Source: Verrucomicrobiota bacterium
Lineage (GTDB): Bacteria; Verrucomicrobiota; Verrucomicrobiia; Opitutales; Seribacteraceae
Direction: 5' to 3'
DNA length: 64,000 nucleotides
NCBI GenBank assembly: GCA_027622665.1
Contig: JAQBYT010000012.1
Coordinates: 1-64,000 of the forward strand
Position numbers and translations under genes: made by a program
Notes under the pieces: model-generated
Databases searched by the model: none
The model's input: the letters and a program-made list of their open reading frames with translations, nothing else
Told to the model about the DNA's origin: nothing
Part shown: piece by piece, positions 20,827-31,810 of the stretch
Layout: each line of letters starts with the position of its first letter
Position numbering within the stretch: position 1 is the first letter of the stretch

Positions 20827-22819
20827 TTAGTGAACGATTTTAATTCGGCTCCAGTAAGCGGCTTCATGAGCCCAACCCGTTGCACGGTTCTCCAGTTCGA
20901 TGCTCACCGTCTTGCCGGCGTATGTGCTAAGATCGATTTGAACCTGCTGCCACTTCGTTTCCTCAATATCCTTGCTCAGCGCTTTCTTTCCATTGATCAA
21001 GACGATCAGCTTCCAGTTGCCCTTCGGGTGGTTGGTGTCCTCTAGATCAAGGGTGGTTTTCTTTCCAGCAGGCACCTCGATCTTACGTGAAAGCACACAG
21101 GGAACGTTTTTGCTGAGCGGATGCGTAAGCAGCACCTTCTTGCGCCCATCCCATTGCGTACGCAACCCGGGCTTCATGGCCGGACCACCCAAGTCACGGA
21201 CCTTCCAGCCGGGGGCGAAGGTTTCGACGTCCGCAGGCAAAGTCGTAACCTCGGTGGGAGGAGTTTTCGGTTTGCTCGAACCGGCCGTCTTCAATTGCGG
21301 CATCTTCGCATCCACTTCGCGGCGCCAGTCGTGCAGCATTTTTAATAGTTTTTTCGTTATCTCCGGCTTGGCAGTGGAAAGGTCGTTCTGCTCGCCAAGA
21401 TCGTTTTCCAAGTCGAAGAGCTGAACGGCTCCGTTTTCAAAGTACTCGAGCAGTTTGTAGTTACCCAGGCGAATCGCACCACCCGGACTTTGGTATCCGT
21501 GGTTACTGTAATGGGGAAAGTGCCAGTAGATGGCGCCGCGGTCATGAGACTTGCTCTTAAGGGCAGGAAGGAAGCTCATCCCGTCCACATGCTGCTCAGG
21601 GAGGCCGGGTAGTCCGAGCATTTCAAGCAGAGTTGGATAGTAAATCGGTCCCGGCAACCACCGAATGGGAGGTGGAATTGGCCTTGGTTTGACCCGGCCA
21701 GTGAACGACCAAGGGGACCCGTACGCCACCTTCGTAGTTCCACCCCTTGGCCCCCCGCAAGGGAAGGTTGGATGAAGCGAAGCGGCTGTCCAGCTGCTTC
21801 CGGGGGTAATTGACTCCCTTGTACTGATTCGATGCGGACATGCCTCCGTTGTCCGCGGTGAAGATGACGATGGTGTTTTCGGCCAACCCGAATTCAGCGA
21901 GCTTGGCCCGGATTCTGCCAAGGCTTTCATCGGTGGCCTCGAGCATTCCGGCAAACTCGACGTTGTCCTGCTGTTGCTTCACCCACCACACGCGCTTGGC
22001 CTGATGAAGGTTGAGGTCGTCGTTTCTCTCAAGCGCCTTGAGCTCACCATCGGAAAGAGCCGGACCATCCGGATTGGGTTCTAGAATATATTCGGGCCCT
22101 TTTCGCTTTGGCATGCTGGCGAGTTTCTTTTGGTATTTTTCAACGAGATCCTTGCGGCCCTGAATCGGATCGTGAACCGCAAAGTGCTCGAGATGAACAA
22201 AGAACGGCCGGTCCTTGTTTCGCTCGATGAAGTCAAGTGCGGCATCGGTAAGTTTGTCCGTATAGTAGTCCCCTTTTTTCGCTGGAAGAGTTTTCTCATA
22301 TTGCGGAGAGAAAGGATGGTAATAGGAGCGCACCCAACCGGTGATGGCTTCGTCAAACCCGTAGGTCTTGGGATCTTTACGTAAATGCGCCTTGCCGTAG
22401 TTAGCAGTGGCGTATCCGTGTTGGTTCAATGTCTCCGCCAAGGTGATCTCTTCGTCAGGCAGTGACATAAGTTTTTTGGCACTGTGGAGTTTCTCGAAAT
22501 CCCGCTCGGGCCGGCCGCCGAGCCATTCGGTCAAGTCGGTGCGAGCCGGGTATTTCCCCGTCAAAATACTTGCCCGACTCGGTGAACAGACGTGACAGGT
22601 CGAGTAGGCGTTATCGAACCGCATACCTTCCTTGGCCAACCGATCAATGTTTGGCGTTTCGTGAAAAGTACTCCCGTAGCAACCCACGTCCGCCCAACCC
22701 AAGTCATCGACCAGAAAGAAAACGACGTTGAGCTTCCCCTTTTTCTCCGCGCTCAAGCTAAAGTCCCCAAAGAGAGAAACGAATAGATCGGATAGGACTA
22801 TAAACACTGATTTCTTCAT
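20827..22819 (-). pseudogene. Sulfatase with C-terminal beta-sandwich module, split by a single +1 frameshift (or sequencing error)
   Basis: The N-part has NVVFFLVDDLG and VCSPSRASILTG. At 21641-21645, GATTTACTAT carries one extra base relative to TD(Y/F)YPT. The downstream frame continues YYPTLLEMLG...YWHFPHYSNHG. Confidence 0.8.
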
Positions 22820-23126
22820 ACTTGTCTTCTCAGTTTTTGAGCGCGCCTTGGCTATTTCCATAGGGATAACGTCAAGGGTCTGCCACAGGCTACCGGCAGC
22901 GCCCCTTCAACTTCAAGGTTGAGGACCAGGGCGAAGGCGGCGTTGCATCTGTTTCTTGATTTCATCAAGGTCTATTGCTAGGAATTTGCTTTTGGCGGGG
23001 TGTCACTGAGGACGTTGTTGGGGAGATCGGAGAGGGGGATGCATGGATTATGGATTGAGCACGAAGGAATATGCGTGGAATCTGATTGGACACCACAAGT
23101 CGTGCATTCGCTGGGCACCTTCTTTC

Positions 23127-24464
23127 TTAGGCCTTAAAGATCTGGTCGATGTTGCCTTTGCTGTCCGCGAAACTTTCGCTGGGAACATCCAAGGCGTTTA
23201 GCATGCTGACAAATAGATTGGACAGGTTTTCCTTGTTCTCATCGAACTTCATGTAGCGCCCGTGCTTCAGCCCCATGTTCTTGCCGCCCGCCAGGATGAG
23301 CGGGTAGTTGCGGGCATTGTGGTAGGTGCTGTTGCTGCTGCCGTAAAAGACCAGGGTGTTGTCCAGCAGCGGGCCGTGTTCATCCTTTGCGTCAGTCAGA
23401 CGCTGCAGGAGATAGTCCAGTTGCTCGATCACGAAGCGGTCGTAGGTCGCCCATTCCTTGTAGTTCTTCTCGCTCTTACCATGCGACATCGCGTGATGAT
23501 CTTTGAATCCAAAGAGGACAGTTGAGAACTTGGCGCCGAGACCCAGATTGTCTTCGCGTACCAGCATATAGTTCGCCACTCGCGTGATGTCTGTCTCGAA
23601 TCCCAGCACCATGAGATCGCACATGCTGCGGATGTATTCCTTGGGCGACTTCAGGGTCACAGACAGGTCCAGGTGGGAGGAGTCGAACTTCTTCAATGGA
23701 ATATTCTGCCACGCCTCGAGCCGCTCGATCCGGGCTTCCAGGTCTCGCAGGGTTGCCATGTACTCGTTCAGCTTCTGCTGATCTGCCTTTCCGAGATTCT
23801 TCATGAGCCGCTTGGAATCCTCCAGCACCAGATCCACCACGCGGCGCTTCTTCTGAAGCTCGATCTTGCGGGCCTTCAGACTCTTCGCGCTGTCGACCTG
23901 AAACAGTCGCTCGAAGATCCTGCGCACGTCGTTCTCGGCGGGGATCGGCTGGCCGTTGCGGTCAAATGCCAGGGTGGTGGCCCGGCCGCGGTAGCCGGTG
24001 CCGCCGTCCGTCGACAGGTTCATGTACGAATACCGAGTCTGGTCTTTGTAATGCTCGGCCACCACCTGATCCAGGGAAATGGTATTGTTATACTCACCGC
24101 CAACATTCCCACCAGTGAGCCAACTGTCGCCGGCGGTGTGGCCCAGCAGACTACGGGATTTCGGGTGAGAAAGCCCGCCGAAAATGGTGAACTGGTCGCG
24201 CTTCGCCCTCAGCGGTTCCAAGACCTTGGTCATCTTGTAGTCACTTCCAGCTGCGTGCGGGAACCAATGCCAGTCGTCCCGGATGTTGGTAAACTTTTCA
24301 TGGGGCAAGCTGACGCCGTTGCCCACGTAGAGGTTCAACAGCCGCCGCGGCTGCGTTGTCTCTCCGGCGGTATTGGCCATGGCCTCGAAGAAAGGCAGGC
24401 AGCAGCTCACCCCCATGCCTTTGAGCATGGTTCGCCGATCGAGATGCCACGGTTTATCGTTCAT
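23127..24464 (-). CDS. DUF1552 family protein, Tat signal (module 3)
   Basis: DRRTMLKG; GLSHP; ISLDQ; STDGGTG; HHAMSHG; LLDNTLVFYGS; NYPLILAGG. Confidence 0.85.
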   Translation of the reverse strand: MNDKPWHLDRRTMLKGMGVSCCLPFFEAMANTAGETTQPRRLLNLYVGNGVSLPHEKFTNIRDDWHWFPHAAGSDYKMTKVLEPLRAKRDQFTIFGGLSHPKSRSLLGHTAGDSWLTGGNVGGEYNNTISLDQVVAEHYKDQTRYSYMNLSTDGGTGYRGRATTLAFDRNGQPIPAENDVRRIFERLFQVDSAKSLKARKIELQKKRRVVDLVLEDSKRLMKNLGKADQQKLNEYMATLRDLEARIERLEAWQNIPLKKFDSSHLDLSVTLKSPKEYIRSMCDLMVLGFETDITRVANYMLVREDNLGLGAKFSTVLFGFKDHHAMSHGKSEKNYKEWATYDRFVIEQLDYLLQRLTDAKDEHGPLLDNTLVFYGSSNSTYHNARNYPLILAGGKNMGLKHGRYMKFDENKENLSNLFVSMLNALDVPSESFADSKGNIDQIFKA

Positions 24465-24474
24465 AACAAAGCTT

Positions 24475-27054
24475 CTATTTCCCTGAGAATAAGGGGCTAG
24501 TGATCATAGTCCGAAGTAGACCCTGTAATCCATAGTTGTCTTTTTCAACGGTTTTGACAATTTCATTGATAGCGGCTCGGTCGGTAAACGACAGGGAGCG
24601 ACCAAGTGCGTAGCGCAGCAGATGCTGGACCAGCGCCCGGGTGAACTGCTCGTTCTTCTCCTTGAGAATATACTGCTTCAGGGCGTCGACACCGTCGAGC
24701 GTCTTGCCACCTGGGAAGGAAGGCAAGGTGGCCACGGCGGCGCCGTCTCGGTGTGCCCACTGCCCCACCGCATTGTAGTTCTCAAGCAGCAGCCCCCAGG
24801 GATCTATCTTTGCGTGACAGTCGACACAGGACGGGTTCTCCCGGTGCCGCTGCAGTTGCTCCTTGATTGAGAGCTTGGCCACGGCCGGATCGTCCTCTTC
24901 GATCTGCGGCACATTGGGCGGCGGCGGTGGCGGCGGGTCGCCCAGGATACGGCTGATCAGCCATGCCCCGCGTTTGATAGGGTGTGGCTCTTTACCATTG
25001 GAGTTGCCGGTGAGGAAAAGGCCCTGAGAAATCAGGCCGCCCCGCTTCGCGTCATCGGCGACAGTCACCTTTCGGAACTGCCCGCCTTTGACACTATCAA
25101 TGCCGTAAAACTGCGCGAGGTTCTGGTTGAGCATGGTGAAGTCGGCGTCCACCAGGTTCATTATGCTCATGTCCTTGTGCAGGACTTCGGCAAAGAACAG
25201 ACGGGTTTCCCTGAGCATGTCGTCCCGGACGAAACGGTTGAAGCGCGGGAACTTCCGGGTATCCACCTTGGTGTGCGTCATCTTCTCCGTCTGCAGCCAT
25301 TGATCGCAGAAGGCAGTGACAAAGTCCCCCGACCTCGAATCCTTGATCATGCGATCTATCTCATCCGACAGATTGTCCCGGAGTTGCTTCTGCTCAGCGA
25401 GCTGTAAAAGCCGGTCGTCGGGCATGGAGTTCCAAAGAAAATACGACAACCGGCTGGCCAGCTGATGCTCGGTGATCGTGTTAGGTGCTGCAGCGGGCGT
25501 GGCCGAGGACTCGACGAGATACAAGAAGTTCGGCGAGCACAACACACTGGCCAGGGTTTCTCGGATACTCTGCTCGAAGCTTTCGCAATCCGGGCGCAGG
25601 GATTTCCACAGCCCGTGGTAGGCGTCGACCTCTTCACTGGTCGCTGGCCGCCGGAACGCACTGTCCATGAATTTTTGGATCACTTCGCGGCTGTACACCG
25701 CTTCTGTGCCGCTGTTCTTCGACGCGATAAGAATGTGCTCCTGACTGGCCGGCGGCCATTCACCCACGTGGCCGCATTCGAATTCCATCGACTTGACGAT
25801 GATGGCCGGGCCATTGACCGACTTGTCTGTCGCCATGGCGTCATTCCAGACACCCACGACGATCATGGTGGCGATGTCCTTTTTCTCCGGGTCGTAGATC
25901 GGGACGGGGAAATTATCCAACCGGCCGCGAAACTCTATGGTCTGGAACTTGTCCAGGGTGCCGATGACTTTGATCGAGCGCTCAAGGGTTTCGAAGTCCT
26001 CGCCATGGTCGAGCCACTCGCCGATGCAGGCCCGGAGGTAGGGATGCGCTTCATTCTCGGCGTCCGCCCGGGCCACTTTCACGCGCAGCACGAAATCGCC
26101 TTCCATCGGGAAATCCCGCAAGTGCAGTTTTAAGCTGGGCATGGGCGCGAGCCAGACGAAATCGCCCTGCTCCACATGGGGGATTGCGGGCTTAAGCAAG
26201 ACCCCATCCTTCTCGATACTGAAACGCTTGTTTCGCGCACCGCGCAGATCGGGGTAGCAGCGCTGCCGGAAGTCGTTCGCCACAAAAGCACTGGCCGTCG
26301 TTCCCACATTGCGGTTCTCGAAGGTCTCCACTATGTGGTCCTGGTCGGATACCGGGACTTCACGGGCACCTGACTTCCTGCCGTCCTTATGTCTTTTGTC
26401 GGCGTTGATCCCGGCGCCGAACTTGAAGCGATAGCGGTAGGACACAGGCGGCGTGTCGCTGATGATGGCCTTCTTCAAGGCGCGTTCGGCGATGGTCATG
26501 TAATACTCGGTCTGCAGCAGGGAAATAACCTGCTCCTCACCGTTGTTCTTGAAGCCGTCATCAGACAAGCCATCGGGCGGTAGGGACTGACCGAAGTCCA
26601 CGTCCAGCTGCAACAAATCCCGAAGTGAGTTTGTGTATTGCTCCACAGTGAGTCGACGCATTACCACGCGCACGTCTTTTCGCTTGTGTTCAGCGGCCTC
26701 CTTAAGGGACGCGGTCAGCCAGTTTACCAATGCCCGACGTTCTCCGTCCATCGGCTGCTTCTCCGCCTTCTTCGGCGGCATGTCGCCGAGGTTTAACTGG
26801 TCCAGCACCAATTGCCAAATCTCAGCGTCCTTGCCGTGGATGATGTCCGGATCTAGCTCGTCAAAGCGGATGTCGCCTTTCTGCTTTTCGTCTCCGTGGC
26901 AGCCGACACAGTAATTGCCTAATATCGGCTGGATCCTGTTCGAGAATCCGGCATCGGACTCGCCCATTACCGCAGTCGCACTAAGAGCCCATAGCGCCAG
27001 GACAGGCAAGCCCAGACCCCTGCTCAAGACTGTTATGTTTCTGAATTGAATCAA
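24475..27054 (-). CDS. DUF1592/DUF1588 di-heme cytochrome c protein (module 3)
   Basis: CVGCH...DMPP; RRLTVEQYTNS; AFRRP; QLASRLSYFLW; PHPIKRGAW; CVDCHAKIDPWG. The start is uncertain (TTG 27054 or 27027; ORF open to 27201). Confidence 0.85.
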   Translation of the reverse strand: MIQFRNITVLSRGLGLPVLALWALSATAVMGESDAGFSNRIQPILGNYCVGCHGDEKQKGDIRFDELDPDIIHGKDAEIWQLVLDQLNLGDMPPKKAEKQPMDGERRALVNWLTASLKEAAEHKRKDVRVVMRRLTVEQYTNSLRDLLQLDVDFGQSLPPDGLSDDGFKNNGEEQVISLLQTEYYMTIAERALKKAIISDTPPVSYRYRFKFGAGINADKRHKDGRKSGAREVPVSDQDHIVETFENRNVGTTASAFVANDFRQRCYPDLRGARNKRFSIEKDGVLLKPAIPHVEQGDFVWLAPMPSLKLHLRDFPMEGDFVLRVKVARADAENEAHPYLRACIGEWLDHGEDFETLERSIKVIGTLDKFQTIEFRGRLDNFPVPIYDPEKKDIATMIVVGVWNDAMATDKSVNGPAIIVKSMEFECGHVGEWPPASQEHILIASKNSGTEAVYSREVIQKFMDSAFRRPATSEEVDAYHGLWKSLRPDCESFEQSIRETLASVLCSPNFLYLVESSATPAAAPNTITEHQLASRLSYFLWNSMPDDRLLQLAEQKQLRDNLSDEIDRMIKDSRSGDFVTAFCDQWLQTEKMTHTKVDTRKFPRFNRFVRDDMLRETRLFFAEVLHKDMSIMNLVDADFTMLNQNLAQFYGIDSVKGGQFRKVTVADDAKRGGLISQGLFLTGNSNGKEPHPIKRGAWLISRILGDPPPPPPPNVPQIEEDDPAVAKLSIKEQLQRHRENPSCVDCHAKIDPWGLLLENYNAVGQWAHRDGAAVATLPSFPGGKTLDGVDALKQYILKEKNEQFTRALVQHLLRYALGRSLSFTDRAAINEIVKTVEKDNYGLQGLLRTMITSPLFSGK

Positions 27055-27229
27055 GTTCTTGTCCTCGTACAAACCAAAGTGCAGCCTAGAAAGCAGAAGG
27101 CAAATGCCTTTAGCGAAGAAAATGTTAACATGCCAAATGTAAACGTCGTCAAGCAAAGCTATCCATTTTCGGTCATATCGAGGGATTAGGAGGCAGGTCA
27201 ATTATCTTGCAATAGGAAATTTGATTCAG

Positions 27230-27422
27230 CGTTACCGAGCAGTATGCCCGGGTAAAGGAAACTCCACGCTTGGCGAGACGGTCGATATTGGTCGTCTTTG
27301 TATTCGGATGGTTACCTAAGTGCCCGAGCCAGTCGCGTAAGTCGTCAACCGCGACAAACAAGACGTTGAACCGTCCCAAGGGAAAGGCAAACAAGCATCA
27401 AGGATTTGATCATGGTTTTCAT
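27230..27422 (-). pseudogene. N-terminal fragment of a choline/iduronate-type sulfatase
   Basis: ATG 27422 gives signal [16 protein letters not shown]. After a frameshift comes [15 protein letters not shown]...[19 protein letters not shown], which ends just before the CxPxR motif. Confidence 0.75.
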
Positions 27423-27680
27423 TCCACTGCCATTCCACCGCCTATGCAATAAACTTTCCAGCGGCTCATTGACTGGCAATATTCTCATTGAGTCATGGCA
27501 CCATAATTCGCATTTGGTTACATCCGTTAAATGAGGCCAACACAAACTTCCTCGTTGCCTCCGTCTCCGTTCTCAAGTAAAACCAAAGGGGATGAATAAA
27601 GGTAATTTACACGCTTTTTCCCTCCGCCGCTTCGGGATGAAGAATTCACCCGAAAACTACAGCTGTTGGCCGAGGGAATA

Positions 27681-30287
27681 ATGAGAGCTTGCTTGAGATT
27701 CCTTCTTGGATTGACTGGATCGTTTTTTGGGGGTGCCACACATACCTTGGGACAGGAAAATCCGCCAGCCTCGGAACCCGATTTTCCGCAAGCCCGGCTT
27801 GTACATTTCCAGGCCACGGTGGAGCCGGTTATAAAGCGGGTATGCCTGGGGTGTCATGGACCGGAAAAGCAAAAGGGGAAATTTCGCATTGATAAGCTGA
27901 ACCCTGATCTGCTGAAGGGTAAGGACGTTAGCTGGTGGCTGGAGGTGTTCGAAGTGATAGGCAACGGCGAAATGCCACCGGAAGACGCGAAGGCTCAACT
28001 AACGGACGACGAGAAGGCACTTGTCGTCGATTGGTTATCCGGCGAAATCCAGGCAGCTTCGCAGGCACGGCGCAGCGAACGGGGGCATACGTCATTTCGG
28101 CGGATGACACGCTACGAGTACAAGTATGCGTTGCAGGACCTGCTGGGGTTGCCCCACGACTTTTCGCGAGACCTCCCGCCGGAGACCTCTTCGGATGACG
28201 GCTTTAAGAACAGTTCGGAAATGCTTCAGATGACCGCGGTGCAGTTCGGCGAATATCGTACCCAAGCCCGCCGGGCGCTGGAGTTGGCCACCGTTCGGGG
28301 CGAACGTCCCTCTCCCGTATATTACGGAATATCGATGAAGGCCGCATCGGCCAAAGTCGATTCTGCCTTTGCGGCTTTTGTGGAGAAGAAAAAGAAGCAG
28401 ATGAAAAATGGGGTTCTCACCTTCGAACAAGCCTTTAAAAAGCAAGCCGCCAAATACGGGCAAAAGCAAGGAAGCACCCACTTCAAGAACTTGATCACGG
28501 GGGACGGGGTCAGCACACACTGGAGTTACGGCGGTGCCAAGTATGCCTGGAAACCATCTCAGGAACGACCTGAGATTCCCCCTCTTTCCCAAGATGTTGT
28601 GTTGATTCCGGCCAGTCAAAAATTCATCATCGATTTGGGAGACGGACTGCCCGACACGGGCAACATGAGAGTTCGTATCCGGGCAACCCGCCTCGAGAAG
28701 GAAAGTAAGCACTTGCCGACCGTTCGCTTGCATTTCGGGCACCAACCGAGTAACGATTCGCGCATATCGGCTAACGTGGGCGGACCCGACCTAACCATAG
28801 ACTCCCTGCCTGGCAAACCACGCTTTTATGAATGGGACGTAGCCCTCGACGATGCACCCCGCAATGCCTTTCGCAAAACCCACAAACTAGGCCAAACGCC
28901 CAACCCCGCTGAATTCCTTTCCCTGAGAAACACCTCAGGGGCTAAGGTATCGCTGGTCATCGACTATGTTGAGATCATCGCCCCAGCCCTTGACCAGTGG
29001 CCTCCTCAATCACACAAGTGGATTTTCCCCGACCACGGGGGAGACACGAATGAAAAGGCCTATGCCCGCAAAGTGATTTCCCAGTTCATGGCCCGCGCTT
29101 GGAGGCGACCGGTGAGCGATAGCGAAGTGAATCAAAAACTGTCACTGTATGATAAACTCCGACCGCAATGCGAAGATTCTCAGGAAGCGATCCTTGAGGT
29201 GATTGCCTCCGTGATATCCTCGCCGAAATTTTTGTACCTCGTTCGGGCTGGCGAGAAAGAAAAGGAAACTCAGAGCATTTCAGACTTTGAATTGGCCAGT
29301 CGGTTATCCTTCTTTCTCTGGAGCAGTCAGCCCGATGAGGAGCTGATGGGCTTGGCGGAACAAGGAAAGCTTTCAGATGCCAAGGTTCTGGAGCAACAAA
29401 CAAGACGACTGCTCGACGACCCGAAGTCACAGCGATTCTCCCGCCATTTTACCCGCCAGTGGCTAGGCATGGATCAATTGGATTTTTTGAAATTCGATGC
29501 CAAGGCATATGGCAAAGTCGATCCGCTTCTCGTCGAAGCGATGAAGCGCGAACCAGTGGCTCTCTTTGCCGAAATGCTCAAGAACAACGAACCGGTAATG
29601 GATTTCATCCATTCCGACTACGTCCTGGCGAACAATCGGCTTGCGGAACATTACGGCTTGCCTGATGTTTCAGGCATCCACCTGCGTAAGGTTGGCCTCC
29701 CGCCCGAAAGCAAACGCGGTGGTCTGCTCGGGCAAGCCGGACTTCTGGCGATGAACTCGAACGGCAAGGACTCGAACCCGCTGAAGCGCGGGGTATGGCT
29801 TTTGGAAAACCTCCTCAACGACCCACCTCCCCCTCCTCCTCCCGCAGTGCCTGAGATTGACTTGGCGGACCCCGAAATCCTCAAGCTTTCGCTCAAAGAG
29901 CGCATGGAGGATCACCGCAATGACCCGGCTTGTTTTTCCTGCCACGCAAAGATCGACCCTTGGGGCATTGCATTCGAGAACTTCGACGCGCTCGGTAAAT
30001 GGCGTGACGAGATTGCAGGCAAACCGGTCGATGCCAGCAGCTTGTTGTTCAACAAAGACGAACTGCATGGCATGGAAGGAGTGAAGGAATACCTACTGGC
30101 TAACCGTCAGGATCAATTTACCCGAGCCATGGTCCACAAGCTGTCCGCCTATGCTCTGGGCCGCCCACTGACCTTTGGCGACCGCTCGGAGGTCGACCGC
30201 ATGGCCGCCGACCTCCGCAAGAAGGGAGACGGCTTGACTGATCTTGTAATTCTGGTTGTAAAAAGTGACTTATTTCAGTTGAATTGA
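27681..30287 (+). CDS. DUF1592/DUF1588 di-heme cytochrome c protein (module 4)
   Basis: GAGGG then ATG 27681; CLGCH...EMPP; RRMTRYEY; AWRRP; ELASRLSFFLW; SNPLKRGVW; CFSCHAKIDPWG. Confidence 0.85.
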   Translation: MRACLRFLLGLTGSFFGGATHTLGQENPPASEPDFPQARLVHFQATVEPVIKRVCLGCHGPEKQKGKFRIDKLNPDLLKGKDVSWWLEVFEVIGNGEMPPEDAKAQLTDDEKALVVDWLSGEIQAASQARRSERGHTSFRRMTRYEYKYALQDLLGLPHDFSRDLPPETSSDDGFKNSSEMLQMTAVQFGEYRTQARRALELATVRGERPSPVYYGISMKAASAKVDSAFAAFVEKKKKQMKNGVLTFEQAFKKQAAKYGQKQGSTHFKNLITGDGVSTHWSYGGAKYAWKPSQERPEIPPLSQDVVLIPASQKFIIDLGDGLPDTGNMRVRIRATRLEKESKHLPTVRLHFGHQPSNDSRISANVGGPDLTIDSLPGKPRFYEWDVALDDAPRNAFRKTHKLGQTPNPAEFLSLRNTSGAKVSLVIDYVEIIAPALDQWPPQSHKWIFPDHGGDTNEKAYARKVISQFMARAWRRPVSDSEVNQKLSLYDKLRPQCEDSQEAILEVIASVISSPKFLYLVRAGEKEKETQSISDFELASRLSFFLWSSQPDEELMGLAEQGKLSDAKVLEQQTRRLLDDPKSQRFSRHFTRQWLGMDQLDFLKFDAKAYGKVDPLLVEAMKREPVALFAEMLKNNEPVMDFIHSDYVLANNRLAEHYGLPDVSGIHLRKVGLPPESKRGGLLGQAGLLAMNSNGKDSNPLKRGVWLLENLLNDPPPPPPPAVPEIDLADPEILKLSLKERMEDHRNDPACFSCHAKIDPWGIAFENFDALGKWRDEIAGKPVDASSLLFNKDELHGMEGVKEYLLANRQDQFTRAMVHKLSAYALGRPLTFGDRSEVDRMAADLRKKGDGLTDLVILVVKSDLFQLN

Positions 30288-30306
30288 AAGTGAAAAGACA
30301 ACGAGC

Positions 30307-31707
30307 ATGAACATATCCACATTGGATCGACGAAAATTCCTACGCGGGTCGAGCATTGCCTTGGCTCTTCCTTGGCTTGAGTCCTATTCTTCGGTGGCTC
30401 AGGCCGCAAAGCAAACTGCCAATCGAAAGCGTCTGGCCTGTTTTTACCTGCCCGACGGGGTTCCCATGCCGCTGGAGAAGGATCCCTCCTTCAAAGACTG
30501 GAGTTGGTTTCCTCATGGCAAGGGCAAGGATTTCACTTTCACCAAGTGCATGGAGACCCTCGAACCCTTGCGAAACGACCTAACCGTGTTTTCCGGGTTG
30601 TCGCACCCCGCGGTCCGAAAAGTTCACGGCCACCGCAATGCCGACCAGTTTCTCACCGGCGCGAACACCGGGGCCATGGATGATCCCTATCAAAACAACA
30701 TTTCCCTCGATCAGGTGTTTGCCTCCCATGTCGGCAAACACACCCGGCATGACTCTTTGGTCATGTCGACCGACGGCGGCACCGGTTCCCCGCGCGGAGC
30801 CCACACCATGTCTTACAATGCCCAAGGCAGGCCCATTCCCGCCGAACACAAACCCAAGCGCATCTTCGACATGCTCTTCGTCAAGAGCGGCCCGGACGCC
30901 GTGCGTCGCCTTGCCTTGAGCAAAAGCGCTCTGGACGACCTCTTGGAGGATGCGAATTCGTTGAACCGCTCCCTCTCCAAGCATGATCAGGAAACTCTTG
31001 CCGACTACCTTCAGTCCGTGCGCGATACGGAACGCAATGTGGAGAAAGCCAAGAGGTGGTTGAGCATTCCCATGCCCAGCGTGGAGTCGGATCTCCTCAA
31101 ACTGGACGTTACCCCCGAGGACCCGCGTAATTTCCTTCGTACCATGTACGAGCTGATTTACCTGGCCTTCAAGACCGACACCACGCGTACCGCAACCTAC
31201 CAGCTTGGTCGTGAAAACGGGGTGGGCATTAGTGATTACCTTGCCCGTGCAGTGGGTTACAAAACCGCCCACAGTCTATCGCACGACACCAAGAATCCCG
31301 ACGGCTACAAAAACTTCGGCACCTACTGTAGGTTCATCAACGAGGAACTCGGCCGTTTTGCCAGCAGACTCAAGGCCACGCCCGAGCCAGGCGGCGAAGG
31401 CAACATGCTCGATAACACCGCCATCCTGTTCGGATCGGCATCCAGTGCCTTTCACCTCTCACGCAACTACCCAATGATGCTGATGGGAGGGAAAAACATG
31501 GGTTTCAAACACGGCCAACACCTCAAGTACGGCCAAGGCAACGACACGCATCAGGCAACCTCCGGAATCAGTTCCGACGCCGGTTGGCTTGGCGAGATGG
31601 ATTACACCGAGCTTCCGCTCTCCAACCTTTACCTTACCATGCTGAACAAGCTCGGGGTGGAAACGGAAAGCTTCGGTGGAAGCACCGAAACCTTAAGCGA
31701 AGTCTGA
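30307..31707 (+). CDS. DUF1552 family protein, Tat signal (module 4)
   Basis: DRRKFLRG; GLSHP; STDGGTG; AHSLSHD; MLDNTAILFGS; PLSNLYLTML. Confidence 0.85.
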   Translation: MNISTLDRRKFLRGSSIALALPWLESYSSVAQAAKQTANRKRLACFYLPDGVPMPLEKDPSFKDWSWFPHGKGKDFTFTKCMETLEPLRNDLTVFSGLSHPAVRKVHGHRNADQFLTGANTGAMDDPYQNNISLDQVFASHVGKHTRHDSLVMSTDGGTGSPRGAHTMSYNAQGRPIPAEHKPKRIFDMLFVKSGPDAVRRLALSKSALDDLLEDANSLNRSLSKHDQETLADYLQSVRDTERNVEKAKRWLSIPMPSVESDLLKLDVTPEDPRNFLRTMYELIYLAFKTDTTRTATYQLGRENGVGISDYLARAVGYKTAHSLSHDTKNPDGYKNFGTYCRFINEELGRFASRLKATPEPGGEGNMLDNTAILFGSASSAFHLSRNYPMMLMGGKNMGFKHGQHLKYGQGNDTHQATSGISSDAGWLGEMDYTELPLSNLYLTMLNKLGVETESFGGSTETLSEV

Positions 31708-31810
31708 AGGGCAAAAGCTTTTACGCAGCTCGTTACCTGCTCCGGTAAAAAACTAAAAACCGTTCCCCTAAGTCCCCTATTCCAAGGGAATCACACAGCA
31801 GCCCTTAACC

